NCBI GenBank assembly: GCA_023129255.1
Contig: JAGMCH010000046.1
Span: 1-55,299, forward strand
Direction: 5' to 3'
From: Dehalococcoidales bacterium
GTDB taxonomy: Bacteria > Chloroflexota > Dehalococcoidia > Dehalococcoidales > BS750m-G39
Length of the DNA stretch: 55,299 nucleotides
Position 1 is the stretch's first letter. The number at the start of each line of letters is the position of its first letter. The position numbers and the translations under genes are program-made. Positions 10,381-19,838 of the stretch are shown here, one piece after another. Under the pieces are notes generated by a model that ran no database searches, was not told the origin of the DNA, and saw nothing but the letters and a program-made list of their open reading frames with translations.

Positions 10381-11267
10381 TTATTAAATTCGTCCAAAGT
10401 GCGACCCATCAGAATCCACCAATTCACAATACCACTCCCCTCACTGTCCTTACTCAAAGCCTCCTGTGCCTTCGGGAATAACCCACAATATTCCCGAACC
10501 ATGTTAGCAATTACAGGATTCATAATACCCGTTGTAACAGTTATATCCTCTTCTTGACTTTCACTCTTTCGAGTTTCTACCGATTGCAAAACGCTCAAAA
10601 AACTAGAGTGGGCTCGTCCAGCTAGAAGTCTGTATACATGCGAGGCTAGTACCTCACTTAACTTAGCATGAATAGCAATCTCGCGCCAAGATAAAACCTT
10701 TTTAATATCAGGATCCCATCGCCACAAGTTTAGTTCCTTGCCTTCAAAAAACCGCGTTCTCTGCGCCTCAGTAAGACCCTGAAAAACCGCATTTGACTTC
10801 AGCTTCTCGCGAAGCTGAGCAAGTTCTTCCTCATCTTCTACTCGGGTCTGTTCAAATTCTTCGATCACTGTAGGAAAATCGTGTCTCTCCAAGGCTCCTG
10901 CTGCCTTGTACATCCAATACCTATAATCCGCTTCATCTTTTGTCTGAGGTGAATAGAACACATGGTGGAAGGTTAGAAACGCCTCGAACGATGCTCTTGT
11001 TAGCACATCCATTGACACAAAATCAACAAAGCTAAATCTAAATGATGGAAGGTCCAAATTAGCGCCACGAGAAAGATAAAGTATGGTAACAGCATGATCA
11101 ATAAATTTATTAGAAAGGCCTTGTGCCATCGATAACCGTTCACGGTTCTCAGCATCAGTGGTAGCCAGGGGGCTACTTACGCGCATAGCTTGCGCGAGAA
11201 CGTTAAGTAATTTCTTATATGCTTGCTTGCTTTGTGCACCAAACTGTTCTAATTCTGACTGTGTCAT
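10377..11267 (-). CDS. AT-rich hypothetical protein, DUF5677-like
   Basis: LTRASFEA and YRLLAGRAHS patterns resemble DUF5677; start set at ATG 11267 after GGAGG; the longer ORF start lies inside a repeat. Confidence 0.65.
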   Translation of the reverse strand: MTQSELEQFGAQSKQAYKKLLNVLAQAMRVSSPLATTDAENRERLSMAQGLSNKFIDHAVTILYLSRGANLDLPSFRFSFVDFVSMDVLTRASFEAFLTFHHVFYSPQTKDEADYRYWMYKAAGALERHDFPTVIEEFEQTRVEDEEELAQLREKLKSNAVFQGLTEAQRTRFFEGKELNLWRWDPDIKKVLSWREIAIHAKLSEVLASHVYRLLAGRAHSSFLSVLQSVETRKSESQEEDITVTTGIMNPVIANMVREYCGLFPKAQEALSKDSEGSGIVNWWILMGRTLDEFNK

Positions 11268-11284
11268 ACCTCCCACCTCCTTTT

Positions 11285-11396
11285 TATCTATTCCCGCCCA
11301 CCACCCTCTAAGGTGTTGAAAGGGGCACCAGCCCCCGAGGGCGGGCGGGTGGGAAGAAAAACACCCGAAAATGGGGGGCAAAGGGGTGGGTAGATA
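11285..11396. repeat. Intergenic repeat with back-to-back G4 modules (imperfect on -, perfect on +)
   Basis: GGGCGGGCGGGTGGG-AAGAAAA at 11339-11360; CCCGCCCACCACCC at 11293-11306. Confidence 0.8.
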
Positions 11397-11406
11397 ACAT
11401 CACTAA

Positions 11407-12027
11407 TCATCCTTTATCCCTCAACATAGCCCACATTTGACTACCGCCACCGGGCATTATTGCCTCATGGATTACCTTGAACCCGAAGTGCTGGTATATC
11501 AGGATATACTCTTCGGTTGAGGTTTCCACATAGCAGGGTAACTTTGCCGCATCCAGCCGTTTGAGCATAGGTTTTAGCAGTCGGCTGGCATAGCCCTTGC
11601 CCTGGAATCTGGGGTCGACACCCAAAACCGCCAGATACCAGTGGGGGGAGGGGGCAAGACGCCGACGCAACTTGGATGCGAAAGCCTCATCCTGTTTCAT
11701 CTTCCGCAGAAATTTCCAGCCTACCTTGAATAGAAGCGCCAGTCCGCCACAGCGTATCATCGTCCATAGCTTTCTATCCGACACCCCCGAAGGAAGCCAC
11801 ACGGCAACGCCTTCCATATCAGGGGAGACAGCGTATACCTCACCGTGCCAAATTCCGTGGTTGAGCGACATCCGGAATAAGGGGCGCAACAGCTTCTCCC
11901 TTTTATGCGGCTCCGGAACCAGCTGAACCAGCTCCGCGTCATCAATGAAGGCGCGAGATAAAACCTCGCTGGCTGGTTGAACCTGCCATTTCTGCAACCG
12001 TATCAGACCGCCTAAATCAGACTCCAT
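11407..12027 (-). CDS. GNAT-family N-acetyltransferase
   Basis: HWYLAVLGVDPRFQGKGYASRLL acetyl-CoA motif, CYVETS...IYQHFGF. Confidence 0.88.
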   Translation of the reverse strand: MESDLGGLIRLQKWQVQPASEVLSRAFIDDAELVQLVPEPHKREKLLRPLFRMSLNHGIWHGEVYAVSPDMEGVAVWLPSGVSDRKLWTMIRCGGLALLFKVGWKFLRKMKQDEAFASKLRRRLAPSPHWYLAVLGVDPRFQGKGYASRLLKPMLKRLDAAKLPCYVETSTEEYILIYQHFGFKVIHEAIMPGGGSQMWAMLRDKG

Positions 12028-12039
12028 AATCTTTAACCC

Positions 12040-12158
12040 TTTATCTATTCCCACCCGCCGCCCTTATGGGGTATTCAAGAGGGGCGAAGTCCCTCTTTTT
12101 TTATTCCCTCCCCCTCTCCTTTGAAGGAGAGGGGGATTAAGGGGGTGAAGTAGATAGA
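12040..12158. repeat. Intergenic repeat copy (minus orientation) with palindrome, GAA hairpin and imperfect G4
   Basis: GAGGGGC-GAA-GTCCCTC; TCCCCCTCTCCTT-TG-AAGGAGAGGGGGA; CCCACCCGCCGCCC at 12050-12063. Confidence 0.82.
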
Positions 12159-12162
12159 TACA

Positions 12163-12555
12163 TCACCGGTTCTCGCTTCTGACCTCTAAGGTCAGACCCT
12201 CAACTCCGACTACCTCCACCTCCTCGCCAGTCTCTATGTCTTCGCCAGAAGATTTTGCCTTCCAGAACTCGTCGCCGACACGGACAACGCCTTTCGGCAT
12301 CAGAGGCTTGATTACCCTCCCTTTCATGCCTATCATGCCCTCAGAGCCGGTAATCTGCTTTTTGTGAAAGGTGGGTATAACCGCCTTGTGTATGACAAAG
12401 ACGAGGGCGCCAAGCGCCAGCGCCGCAACAATGGTAATCGGTAAAGGAATCTCTATTTTCAGCACCCAGAGGATTAAGAAAACCAATGCTACTGCGGCAG
12501 CTTCGTCTAATAGTAATACCAGAACCTTGAGCCAGTCCTTGATGGTGCTCTTCAT
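12163..12555 (-). CDS. NfeD-family membrane protein
   Basis: 2 TM helices then TGSEGMIG...G.VRVGDEFWKA...VEVVGVEGLTLEV OB-fold. Confidence 0.85.
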   Translation of the reverse strand: MKSTIKDWLKVLVLLLDEAAAVALVFLILWVLKIEIPLPITIVAALALGALVFVIHKAVIPTFHKKQITGSEGMIGMKGRVIKPLMPKGVVRVGDEFWKAKSSGEDIETGEEVEVVGVEGLTLEVRSENR

Positions 12556-12559
12556 GCGC

Positions 12560-13735
12560 TCAGATAACCCCTTTCCTCGCCAGAGTCTCTATCTCCTCCT
12601 CTGATAGCCCCAGCTCTCCGTGATATATATCTCTATTATGCTCACCAGCCTTGGGTAACTTACTTCCCACCTGCCACGGAGAGCGGCTGAGCTTGGCTGG
12701 GGCGGCGGGGAACTTATACTTTTCGCCTGTTTCCGGGTGCCTCACCTCAACCCAGAAGTCTCTCTCCCGCAGTTGGTGGCTAGCCATAAGCCCTGATATT
12801 GAGGCGACCTCCGCCCAGGGGAAGCGCATCAATTGACCTTTTTCCACCAGCCCGGCGACAGTGTGGCTTTTAGTCCACCGCTCCAAGACCTCAATAACAT
12901 GGTCAAGGTGCTGGAGCCGATAACCCCTGTCCAGCCACTTCTCATCGGTCAAGTCCTCAGCCATGCCCTCGGCGGCCAGCCACTCCACCAGCGTCGGCCA
13001 CTGCTGGAACAGAGAGAGCAGAATGTAGCCATCCTTACAAGTAGAGATGCGGAAGGCATTGCTCCAGTAGAGACCGCCCTGGCGTTTAGCCACCACCCCC
13101 TGATAGAAATAGCGCACCAGGACATGGTCAAGGGTGGCGGCGACACACTCCTGCAGCGAAATATCAATATGCTGTCCCCTGCCCGAAGTATGCCGACTCC
13201 ACAGTGCCAGCAGAACACCAATGGCGGCAAAGATAGAGGCAAGGTAATAGCTCTGGTTGCCGAAAAATTTAAGCGGCGGCGATTCAGCCTCGCCACAGAC
13301 ATACATCTGCCCGCCGAGGGCGCTGGCGACTATATCGCACGACTTGTAATCGCGATATGGTCCGCCCTGCCCGAAATCGGTGATAGAAGCCATAACCAGG
13401 CGGGGGTTGATTTGACTTAGACGGTGGTAACCGAGACCAAGCGCTTCAAGGTAGCCCAGAGGGCGGCTCTCCACCAAGACGTCAGCCGTCTCAACCAGCC
13501 GTCGGAATATCTCCTGCCCCGGCTTGAAGTCTATATTGAGGGTTATTGCCCGCTTACCCAAGTTTTCCCAATAAAAATTGCCTCCGGGAAAAACCTCTCC
13601 CGGCTTTTCTACCCGGATAACCTCCGCCCCCATATCGGCCAGATAGCGGGAACAGAGCATGCCCCGCTCATCGGTCAAATCAAGGACACGATAGCCAGAT
13701 AAGGCAGAGCCTCTGTTCACGGCAACACCAATCAC
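12560..13735 (-). CDS. Class III CoA-transferase (CaiB/BaiF), subunit lacking the catalytic Asp
   Basis: RVLDLT, LADMGAEVIRVE, ASITDFGQGGPY; QSYYLAS where the partner has AYADHIAG. Confidence 0.9.
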   Translation of the reverse strand: MIGVAVNRGSALSGYRVLDLTDERGMLCSRYLADMGAEVIRVEKPGEVFPGGNFYWENLGKRAITLNIDFKPGQEIFRRLVETADVLVESRPLGYLEALGLGYHRLSQINPRLVMASITDFGQGGPYRDYKSCDIVASALGGQMYVCGEAESPPLKFFGNQSYYLASIFAAIGVLLALWSRHTSGRGQHIDISLQECVAATLDHVLVRYFYQGVVAKRQGGLYWSNAFRISTCKDGYILLSLFQQWPTLVEWLAAEGMAEDLTDEKWLDRGYRLQHLDHVIEVLERWTKSHTVAGLVEKGQLMRFPWAEVASISGLMASHQLRERDFWVEVRHPETGEKYKFPAAPAKLSRSPWQVGSKLPKAGEHNRDIYHGELGLSEEEIETLARKGVI

Positions 13736-13738
13736 AGC

Positions 13739-14245
13739 CTAGATTTCAAACTGCCACTCGCACCAATACTGTGGGGGGTGGGCATCGGGGGGACAGATTA
13801 AACAACTAACCTTTATCCTAGGGTCAACTACCTCAGCATAGGCGGTAAAAAGCGCTATACCTACTGCCTTGCACGGAAACTCACCCCTACCATCCCTTAT
13901 TCTAGCTTTCTGAGGCGGGCAGTCAGTGCAGCGAAATACAGCCTTACTATCGGTTAACTCCGCAACTTGCGGCTTAAAAATAAACATAACCGGGTCTGCC
14001 TGCAGCACACTGATAACGGCTTGAATTGGATTATCTTTCTTGATAGCCAAGGTGCTGACTATCCTCTTGGCTTGTATTTGACCAAGCTTCCGCCAAACTT
14101 CCACATCTAGCTCAAGGGCAACATCGAGACCGTATTTCTGCTCAACAGCCGTAAACCATAAGCCATCAACAGTGTAAAGGCTCCGAGAACATAGCTCAAG
14201 CAGCTTCTCCGCGGGAATCTGTAAATGGTTTACTCCAGGCATCAC
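13739..14245 (-). CDS. DUF6125-like protein
   Basis: VDGLWFTAVEQKYG, CPPQ.AR, CPPDAHP...CEWQF Cys pattern. Confidence 0.7.
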   Translation of the reverse strand: MMPGVNHLQIPAEKLLELCSRSLYTVDGLWFTAVEQKYGLDVALELDVEVWRKLGQIQAKRIVSTLAIKKDNPIQAVISVLQADPVMFIFKPQVAELTDSKAVFRCTDCPPQKARIRDGRGEFPCKAVGIALFTAYAEVVDPRIKVSCLICPPDAHPPQYWCEWQFEI

Positions 14246-15717
14246 GCTAACTCCTTACCAATTTTATCTAACGCCGCTTCAATCCGCTTCAGGCAGCGCT
14301 TTCTCCCCAGCACCGCCATCGTCTGAAAGAGGGGTGGGGCGGCAGTCTCACCTGTAGCTGTTACCCTTAGCGTACCAAAAAGCTGTCCAGTTTTAAGCCC
14401 CAGTTCTGTGGCTAGAGGTCTAAGCAACGCCTCTAAAGAATTCTCATCAAATGGCTCAAGTTTTTCAAGTCTTTCTCTCACTACCTCTAATGCTTTCCGA
14501 GTTGACTGCACGTCCATTCCTGTAACTATTAAAGTTTGCAAGTCAAGATCAAGCTGCAGCTCGAAGAAAAAGCGAGTCAGCGCCGGCACATCAGCTAGCT
14601 TCTTAGCCCTTTCCTGAACAAGAGGCAGGATCTTCCTAACATATTGTTCATCTGATATTAGCGCCTCCCCGGCCGCCATATCCATCATCAGGTAGGGCTG
14701 AACCGCTTCAAAGAACTCATCGGCGGTTAAGCTGCGGATATAGACGCCGTTCATCCAGTCGAGCTTTTCCCGATTAAAGATGGCTCCGGTCTTGCTGATT
14801 CGTTCCAGGGAAAAGTTATCTACAAGCGCCTGCCGTGACATTATCTCGGTCTTATCATCTAAAGACCAGCCAATCAGGGCAAGGAAATTGAACATGGTTT
14901 GCGGCAGGTAGCCCTGCTCACGATAGTCAAGTATAGATACGGCGCCGTGCCGCTTGCTCAGCTTGGCGCGGTCAGGACCCAGTATCATGGGGTGGTGAAC
15001 AAACTGCGGCGGTTCCAAGCCGAGTGCCTGGTACAGGAGCAGGTGGCGGGGGGTGCTTGATATCCACTCCTCGGCTCTGATGACATGGCTAACCTCCATG
15101 GCGTGGTCGTCAACGACATTAGCCAGATGGTAGGTGGGGTAGCCATCTGATTTGAGCAGGATAAAATCGTCAAGGGTATTATTCTCAAAAACGACATCAC
15201 CATATATCAGGTCGTTAAATCTGGTACGTCCTTCCAGGGGGACTTTGAAGCGCACCACTGGCACAATGCCTTCGGCTTCTTTCTTTGCCCGCTCCTCCGG
15301 AGTCAAGTCGCGACAGTGACGGTCGTAGCCCGGCGGCTGTTTACGCCTCACCTGCTCGGCGCGCATCTCCTCCAGGCGCTGGGGGGAGCAGTAGCAATGG
15401 TAGGCATCCCCCTGCGAAATCAGACGCTCGGCTGTCTCTTTATATATCTCCAGGCGCTGTGACTGAAAGTAAGGCCCGCAGTCACCCCCCACCTCCGGCC
15501 CCTCGTCCCAGTCAAGACCCAGCCACCGCAGGGAATCAAGGATAGCCCTCACCGCCCCCTTAACCTTGCGGGTGACATCGGTATCCTCAATGCGGACGAT
15601 AAAGCTGCCGCCGTGATGGCGGGCGAAAAGCCAGTTAAACAAAGCCGTGCGGATATTGCCCACATGGGGGTAGCCGGTGGGGCTGGGGGCATAGCGAACC
15701 CGGACTAAGTTAGTCAT
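14242..15717 (-). CDS. gltX: Glutamate--tRNA ligase
   Basis: RYAPSPTGYPHVGN (HIGH), KLSKRH (KMSKS), RIEDTD. Confidence 0.97.
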   Translation of the reverse strand: MTNLVRVRYAPSPTGYPHVGNIRTALFNWLFARHHGGSFIVRIEDTDVTRKVKGAVRAILDSLRWLGLDWDEGPEVGGDCGPYFQSQRLEIYKETAERLISQGDAYHCYCSPQRLEEMRAEQVRRKQPPGYDRHCRDLTPEERAKKEAEGIVPVVRFKVPLEGRTRFNDLIYGDVVFENNTLDDFILLKSDGYPTYHLANVVDDHAMEVSHVIRAEEWISSTPRHLLLYQALGLEPPQFVHHPMILGPDRAKLSKRHGAVSILDYREQGYLPQTMFNFLALIGWSLDDKTEIMSRQALVDNFSLERISKTGAIFNREKLDWMNGVYIRSLTADEFFEAVQPYLMMDMAAGEALISDEQYVRKILPLVQERAKKLADVPALTRFFFELQLDLDLQTLIVTGMDVQSTRKALEVVRERLEKLEPFDENSLEALLRPLATELGLKTGQLFGTLRVTATGETAAPPLFQTMAVLGRKRCLKRIEAALDKIGKELA

Positions 15718-15719
15718 CT

Positions 15720-16922
15720 CTACCTTCTCTCAAATCTAGTGCTTTCTAGCCAGATATAAACGGGATACATATCATTTACAAATCTATACGCCCCCACGCC
15801 TCCCTCAATATCAGATTCTATCACCCCCAAGTCCTTCATCCTTCTCAAGAAGTTATTCAACACCCTTTTCTCCTCAGCTGTGAGCTTAACTTCCAACTCT
15901 CTCTTCCTAAAGTACCGAGAAATAAATTGTTTCCTCTTTCCAAACTTCCTCAAAATCGCCATGTACCGTTGGCTACGAATTGCTCTATAAACCTGAGGGG
16001 TAAGATACTTTTGCCCTATATTTTCTGCTGCAGCTAATAAACCTGTTACTGCATCATCTTTATCTATTACCCCATCTGTGTCTGCCCAGAAAGTAGCATC
16101 TCCTATCTCATGCATCATAACGGGGAGTCCACTAGAACTATCAACCATCCATTCCATAGCCTCAGGTTCAACTTTCACGTCAGCCTTGCCGAAAGCTTGA
16201 GACATAAACGTGCGTACTTCCTCATCAGTAAGTTTTTCAATTTCTATAACTCTGAATATCCTCATAAGGGAAGGTTGAATATTTGATAGAATATCCCTCT
16301 TTTCATGGAGACCCACCAACATAATGAATACAGGGAATTTTTCGTAGTGAGTCGCGATATCATCGGCAAAGCTCTTGTACCAATTTGCAAATTCCGCATT
16401 GTCAACTAATGCATCAATATCGTCCAAGGCAATAAATAACCCTGCCCTTTCCTCCTTCAATTTTTGTAGCAAATTATTGAGAGCTGCTGGAAAATCTCTT
16501 ACTAATTCTCTTAAATCTCTCTCAGGTGGAGCAAAGGTAACCGAAATGTCAAAGAGCCCTACCTGTCTAATACGATTACCAAACAACTGGGCAATATTTT
16601 CATACCATGTTTGCGTTTTTGCTTCTTTCAATATTTCGTCAAAAATGTGACGAACCATTTCTTCCATGGTGGATACTCTACCCAAGAAAACATGAATACC
16701 AAGCATATTCTTCTTAGTACTAACATAGTAGCGGAGAAACGATGCCAATGAGCTTTTTCCAATTCCCCTCTCACCTACCAAAAACACATTCTCTTGTTTT
16801 CCAGATGAGGACTGTCCCACATATCTAACAAGTTCATTAATTTTGTCCAGCCTACCTACAAAAAGTTCAATAGGCACTGGATTGCCTGGGGTAAATGGAC
16901 TGGTCTTTTCTTTGTTATTCAT
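15720..16922 (-). CDS. AT-rich standalone AAA+/STAND-like ATPase with probable C-terminal wHTH
   Basis: SPFTPG...FVGR, Walker A GERGIGKSS, Walker B IALDDID, SSGLP; GAGGTGG RBS before ATG 16922. Confidence 0.85.
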   Translation of the reverse strand: MNNKEKTSPFTPGNPVPIELFVGRLDKINELVRYVGQSSSGKQENVFLVGERGIGKSSLASFLRYYVSTKKNMLGIHVFLGRVSTMEEMVRHIFDEILKEAKTQTWYENIAQLFGNRIRQVGLFDISVTFAPPERDLRELVRDFPAALNNLLQKLKEERAGLFIALDDIDALVDNAEFANWYKSFADDIATHYEKFPVFIMLVGLHEKRDILSNIQPSLMRIFRVIEIEKLTDEEVRTFMSQAFGKADVKVEPEAMEWMVDSSSGLPVMMHEIGDATFWADTDGVIDKDDAVTGLLAAAENIGQKYLTPQVYRAIRSQRYMAILRKFGKRKQFISRYFRKRELEVKLTAEEKRVLNNFLRRMKDLGVIESDIEGGVGAYRFVNDMYPVYIWLESTRFERR

Positions 16923-16964
16923 GGTCCACCTCATATTGCAATCTTTTGAAATTCTTGCCCTCAT

Positions 16965-17090
16965 TCTACCACCCCACCCATCATTATTCTAGAGTATAAA
17001 AGGAGGAGGGGTGGAAAGAGGGTCTTAAAGGGGTGCTAAACCCTATTGGGTGGGTGGGTGGGAAGAAAGACCTGGGGGGGGTGGGGTTCC
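16965..17090. repeat. Intergenic repeat with a perfect G4 module
   Basis: GGGTGGGTGGGTGGG-AAGAAAGA at 17048-17070, followed by a G8 run. Confidence 0.78.
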
Positions 17091-17098
17091 CATAAAAG

Positions 17099-17998
17099 CT
17101 AGCCAATATCTTCAAGCGCCTGCTCTAAATCTGGAGGCAATTCAGACTTGAACTCAACATATTCGCCGCTGGAGGGCAGCTTGAAGCCCAGGCGGCAGGC
17201 ATGCATAAACTGCCGTGATAGATATGGAGACTTGACGCCATAAACCTTGTCCCCCACCACCGGAAAGCCAATAGCCGAAAGGTGAACCCTTATCTGGTGG
17301 GTGCGACCGGTCTCGGGCATGACCTCAACCAGGGTGTAGTCGCCGATATATTTAACCACACGATACCCTGTGCGGGCTTCCCTACCCTCAGCCACTACCG
17401 CCATCCGCTTGCGGTTTCTGGGGTCGCGCCCGATATCAGCTTCAATAACGCCGTTCTCCGGGGTGAGCTTCCCTTTAACCAGCACCAGATAGGCTTTGGT
17501 CACCGAATGGGACTTGAACTGCTGGGCAAGGTCAGCCTGAGCCGCACTATTCTTAGCCACCAGCATCACCCCCGAGGTGTCCTTGTCCAGGCGATGGACA
17601 ACTCCCGGGCGCAGTGAGTCGCTAATATCAGCCAGGTGGGGAAAGTGCGACAGAATAGCATTAACCAGGGTATGACTTGGGTGTCCTGGTGCCGGGTGAA
17701 CCGCTAGTCCGGCAGGCTTGTCCACGGCTAAAAGGTCGTCGTCTTCATAAATGATATTTAGGGGCATAGCCTCAGGCACCAAGCGGCTGGGTGGGGTGGG
17801 GGGAATGATGAGCTTGAGCCTGTCGCCTTTACTAAGCCTGAGCCCCGCCTTGCCCCTCTGGCCGTTAACCGTGATATAGCCTTCAGCAATAAGCTTTTGA
17901 ACATGGGTCCGAGACAGCTCTGGATGCTGCTGGCAAACATATTTATCCAGACGCTCGCCCGGCTTATCAACTATAAAACTATATACCTTATCCATCAT
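17099..17998 (-). CDS. rluD: RluA/RluD-family pseudouridine synthase with S4 domain
   Basis: ERLDKY S4 domain, VHRLDKDTSG, TGRTHQIRVH. Confidence 0.92.
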   Translation of the reverse strand: MMDKVYSFIVDKPGERLDKYVCQQHPELSRTHVQKLIAEGYITVNGQRGKAGLRLSKGDRLKLIIPPTPPSRLVPEAMPLNIIYEDDDLLAVDKPAGLAVHPAPGHPSHTLVNAILSHFPHLADISDSLRPGVVHRLDKDTSGVMLVAKNSAAQADLAQQFKSHSVTKAYLVLVKGKLTPENGVIEADIGRDPRNRKRMAVVAEGREARTGYRVVKYIGDYTLVEVMPETGRTHQIRVHLSAIGFPVVGDKVYGVKSPYLSRQFMHACRLGFKLPSSGEYVEFKSELPPDLEQALEDIG

Positions 17999-18010
17999 CG
18001 GGCTGATAAA

Positions 18011-18505
18011 TCAGTGTTTCCTGACTAATGAGAGGAGCAGGGAATAAGCAAATAGAATAGCACCGACAACTATAGCCGAATCAGCAATGTTAAATGCTGG
18101 CCACCAGCCGATGCTGATGAAGTCGGTAACACCACCAAAGCGCAGCCGGTCAATCAGATTGCCTATTGTGCCGCCAAGAATTAAGCCCAGGGCTGTCATA
18201 CCTAGCCAATTACCTGAAATGGGGTATCGGCGATAAGCAAAAAGGGCATAGAATAGCAAAAGGGCAATGCCGACGATAGACGCTATGGTCAGGGCGAATG
18301 AGTGGTCTTGAAACAGGCCAAAGGAGGCTCCGGTATTATGTCTACGGACTATCTGAAAGATTCCCACCTCAAATAGCGACTCGCCGATATCAAGATTGGA
18401 CATTATCCAGAGCTTGGTAAGCTGGTCGGCAACCGCCACTAATAACGCAGTAAGGAAAAAGACCACCTGCCACCACATACCCTGGGGATTACTTGCTTTT
18501 CGCAT
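18011..18505 (-). CDS. lspA: Lipoprotein signal peptidase II
   Basis: DQLTK, NTGASFG, GNLIDR, VTDFI and FNIADSAI motifs. Confidence 0.96.
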   Translation of the reverse strand: MRKASNPQGMWWQVVFFLTALLVAVADQLTKLWIMSNLDIGESLFEVGIFQIVRRHNTGASFGLFQDHSFALTIASIVGIALLLFYALFAYRRYPISGNWLGMTALGLILGGTIGNLIDRLRFGGVTDFISIGWWPAFNIADSAIVVGAILFAYSLLLSLVRKH

Positions 18506-18869
18506 CCTTCGCCTGGCGCGTCTTACAGCTCAAGCACAGACTAGCCTGAGGAAGTGCTTCCAGTCGGGCCGGGTCTATTGGCTGGCCACAGCTATCACAT
18601 AAGCCGTAGGTCCCATCTTCAAACTTTTGCAAGGCATGTTCCACCTCGGCTAGCTGGTCTATAATACGCTTCTCTAAGGTCAGCCGCCTCTCCAGCTCAA
18701 AACTCTCGGTAGCCTCCTCCTCCCTCTTGCCAAAGGGGCTACCCTCCCGCCTCTCCTCAGCCGGGCGAACGCTAGATTTCAGTTGTTCTAATTCGTCAGT
18801 TAACCGCTTTCGCTCGCTCTCCAGACGAGAGCGAAGCAGATTAAAGCCTACATTCATCTTCTTCTTCAT
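18489..18869 (-). CDS. TraR/DksA C4 zinc-finger protein
   Basis: YGLCDSCGQPIDPARLEALP.ASLCLSC; coiled coil. Confidence 0.9.
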   Translation of the reverse strand: MKKKMNVGFNLLRSRLESERKRLTDELEQLKSSVRPAEERREGSPFGKREEEATESFELERRLTLEKRIIDQLAEVEHALQKFEDGTYGLCDSCGQPIDPARLEALPQASLCLSCKTRQAKDAKSK

Positions 18870-18957
18870 CTTTCCCTCCCCTCCGCCTACCTATGTGCTG
18901 GCAGGTAAGCACCTATAGTTGACGATTGTTAAGAGAACAATAATCGGGCAGAAAAGG

Positions 18958-19725
18958 TTAATCCAGCATCACTCGCAACTGGCGAATGGTGTTCACTGCC
19001 TGCCCCCGCCAGTGATTGTTAGCAAAGATAAAGGTCTTCTCAGCCATACTACTTAGCTTTTGAATCCTGGGCAGCCACTCGCCGAGTTCCGAGGGGCCAT
19101 AGCTATAATCATACCTCTCATAAGCATGTGCATGCTCCCACCACTTATCGCTGTTGCGCCCGTGAAAGCGGACATAGCCTATACTACTGGTCGCCTCAGC
19201 CAGTGGCGGCAACAGATTGGGCAACCGTGGTTCATCAACACAACAGAAGCCCAAGTCCTGACGGCGAAGCCAATCAAACACCTCGCTCCTCAGCCACCGG
19301 GCATTACGAAATTCAATCACCACCGGTAGCTCACCCAACCGTTCCTTAAATAGCCCAAGGTAGTCCCAGTTACGCTGATTAAAGTGAAAACTATAAGGAA
19401 ACTGGGCCAAAATACAACCCAGCTTTCCAGCAGAGATAACAGGCTCCAATGCCCGACAAAAATCCTTAAAAACGGGGGCATTATCCTCCCGTTGGTGAGT
19501 CATTTCCTGGTTGGCTTTAATAGAGAATAGGAAACCTTCGCCCGTTTTGTCAACCATGGCCTTTAAAGTAGATGGTTTGGGTAAGGCGTAAAAGGTTGAA
19601 TTTACCTCACAGGCATCGAATTCACGGGCATAGTAGACCAGCCATTCTCTCTTAGGCAAGCCCGCCGGGTAGAAGTTTCCTACCCAATCACCATAGCTAA
19701 ACCCTGAAGTGCCAAAGTATACCAT
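18958..19725 (-). CDS. DUF72 (YecE) family protein
   Basis: GTSGFSY.DW, EVNSTFYALP, EFRNARW, YVRFHGRN. Confidence 0.92.
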   Translation of the reverse strand: MVYFGTSGFSYGDWVGNFYPAGLPKREWLVYYAREFDACEVNSTFYALPKPSTLKAMVDKTGEGFLFSIKANQEMTHQREDNAPVFKDFCRALEPVISAGKLGCILAQFPYSFHFNQRNWDYLGLFKERLGELPVVIEFRNARWLRSEVFDWLRRQDLGFCCVDEPRLPNLLPPLAEATSSIGYVRFHGRNSDKWWEHAHAYERYDYSYGPSELGEWLPRIQKLSSMAEKTFIFANNHWRGQAVNTIRQLRVMLD

Positions 19726-19776
19726 ATTTCAAGTGTATCCTATTTACTTTGTTTGGTCAATGTCAAGTTAAAACTA

Positions 19777-19829
19777 TTGACAATCAGGGGTAATTTCGCT
19801 ACTATATAAATGATAATCTTTTTCATTTA
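19777..19829 (+). promoter_or_regulatory. Sigma70 promoter (TTGACA-N17-TACTAT) followed by a Zur/Fur-type operator TAAATGATAATCTTTTTCATTTA
   Basis: TTGACA 19777-82, TACTAT 19800-05, inverted repeat 19807-19829 over the predicted TSS. Confidence 0.8.
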
Positions 19830-19838
19830 CAGCTTGAA

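Noticed and set aside
11268-11381. N-terminal extensions in the ORF track (DUF5677-like, GNAT, dinB, aldolase, nadD, fur2, ORF 2920)
   Set aside because: They run through repeats or upstream genes; downstream starts have RBS or overlap geometry and match family N-termini
10377-12555. Classical integron cassette array
   Set aside because: Spacers show no RYYYAAC...GTTRRRY attC ends that I can find, and no tyrosine recombinase is in the window
12833-13420. Long antisense or alternate-frame ORFs (e.g. 12833-13420, 22157-22693, 29601-30068, 9889-10362)
   Set aside because: Shadows of well-supported genes on the opposite strand with no motifs of their own
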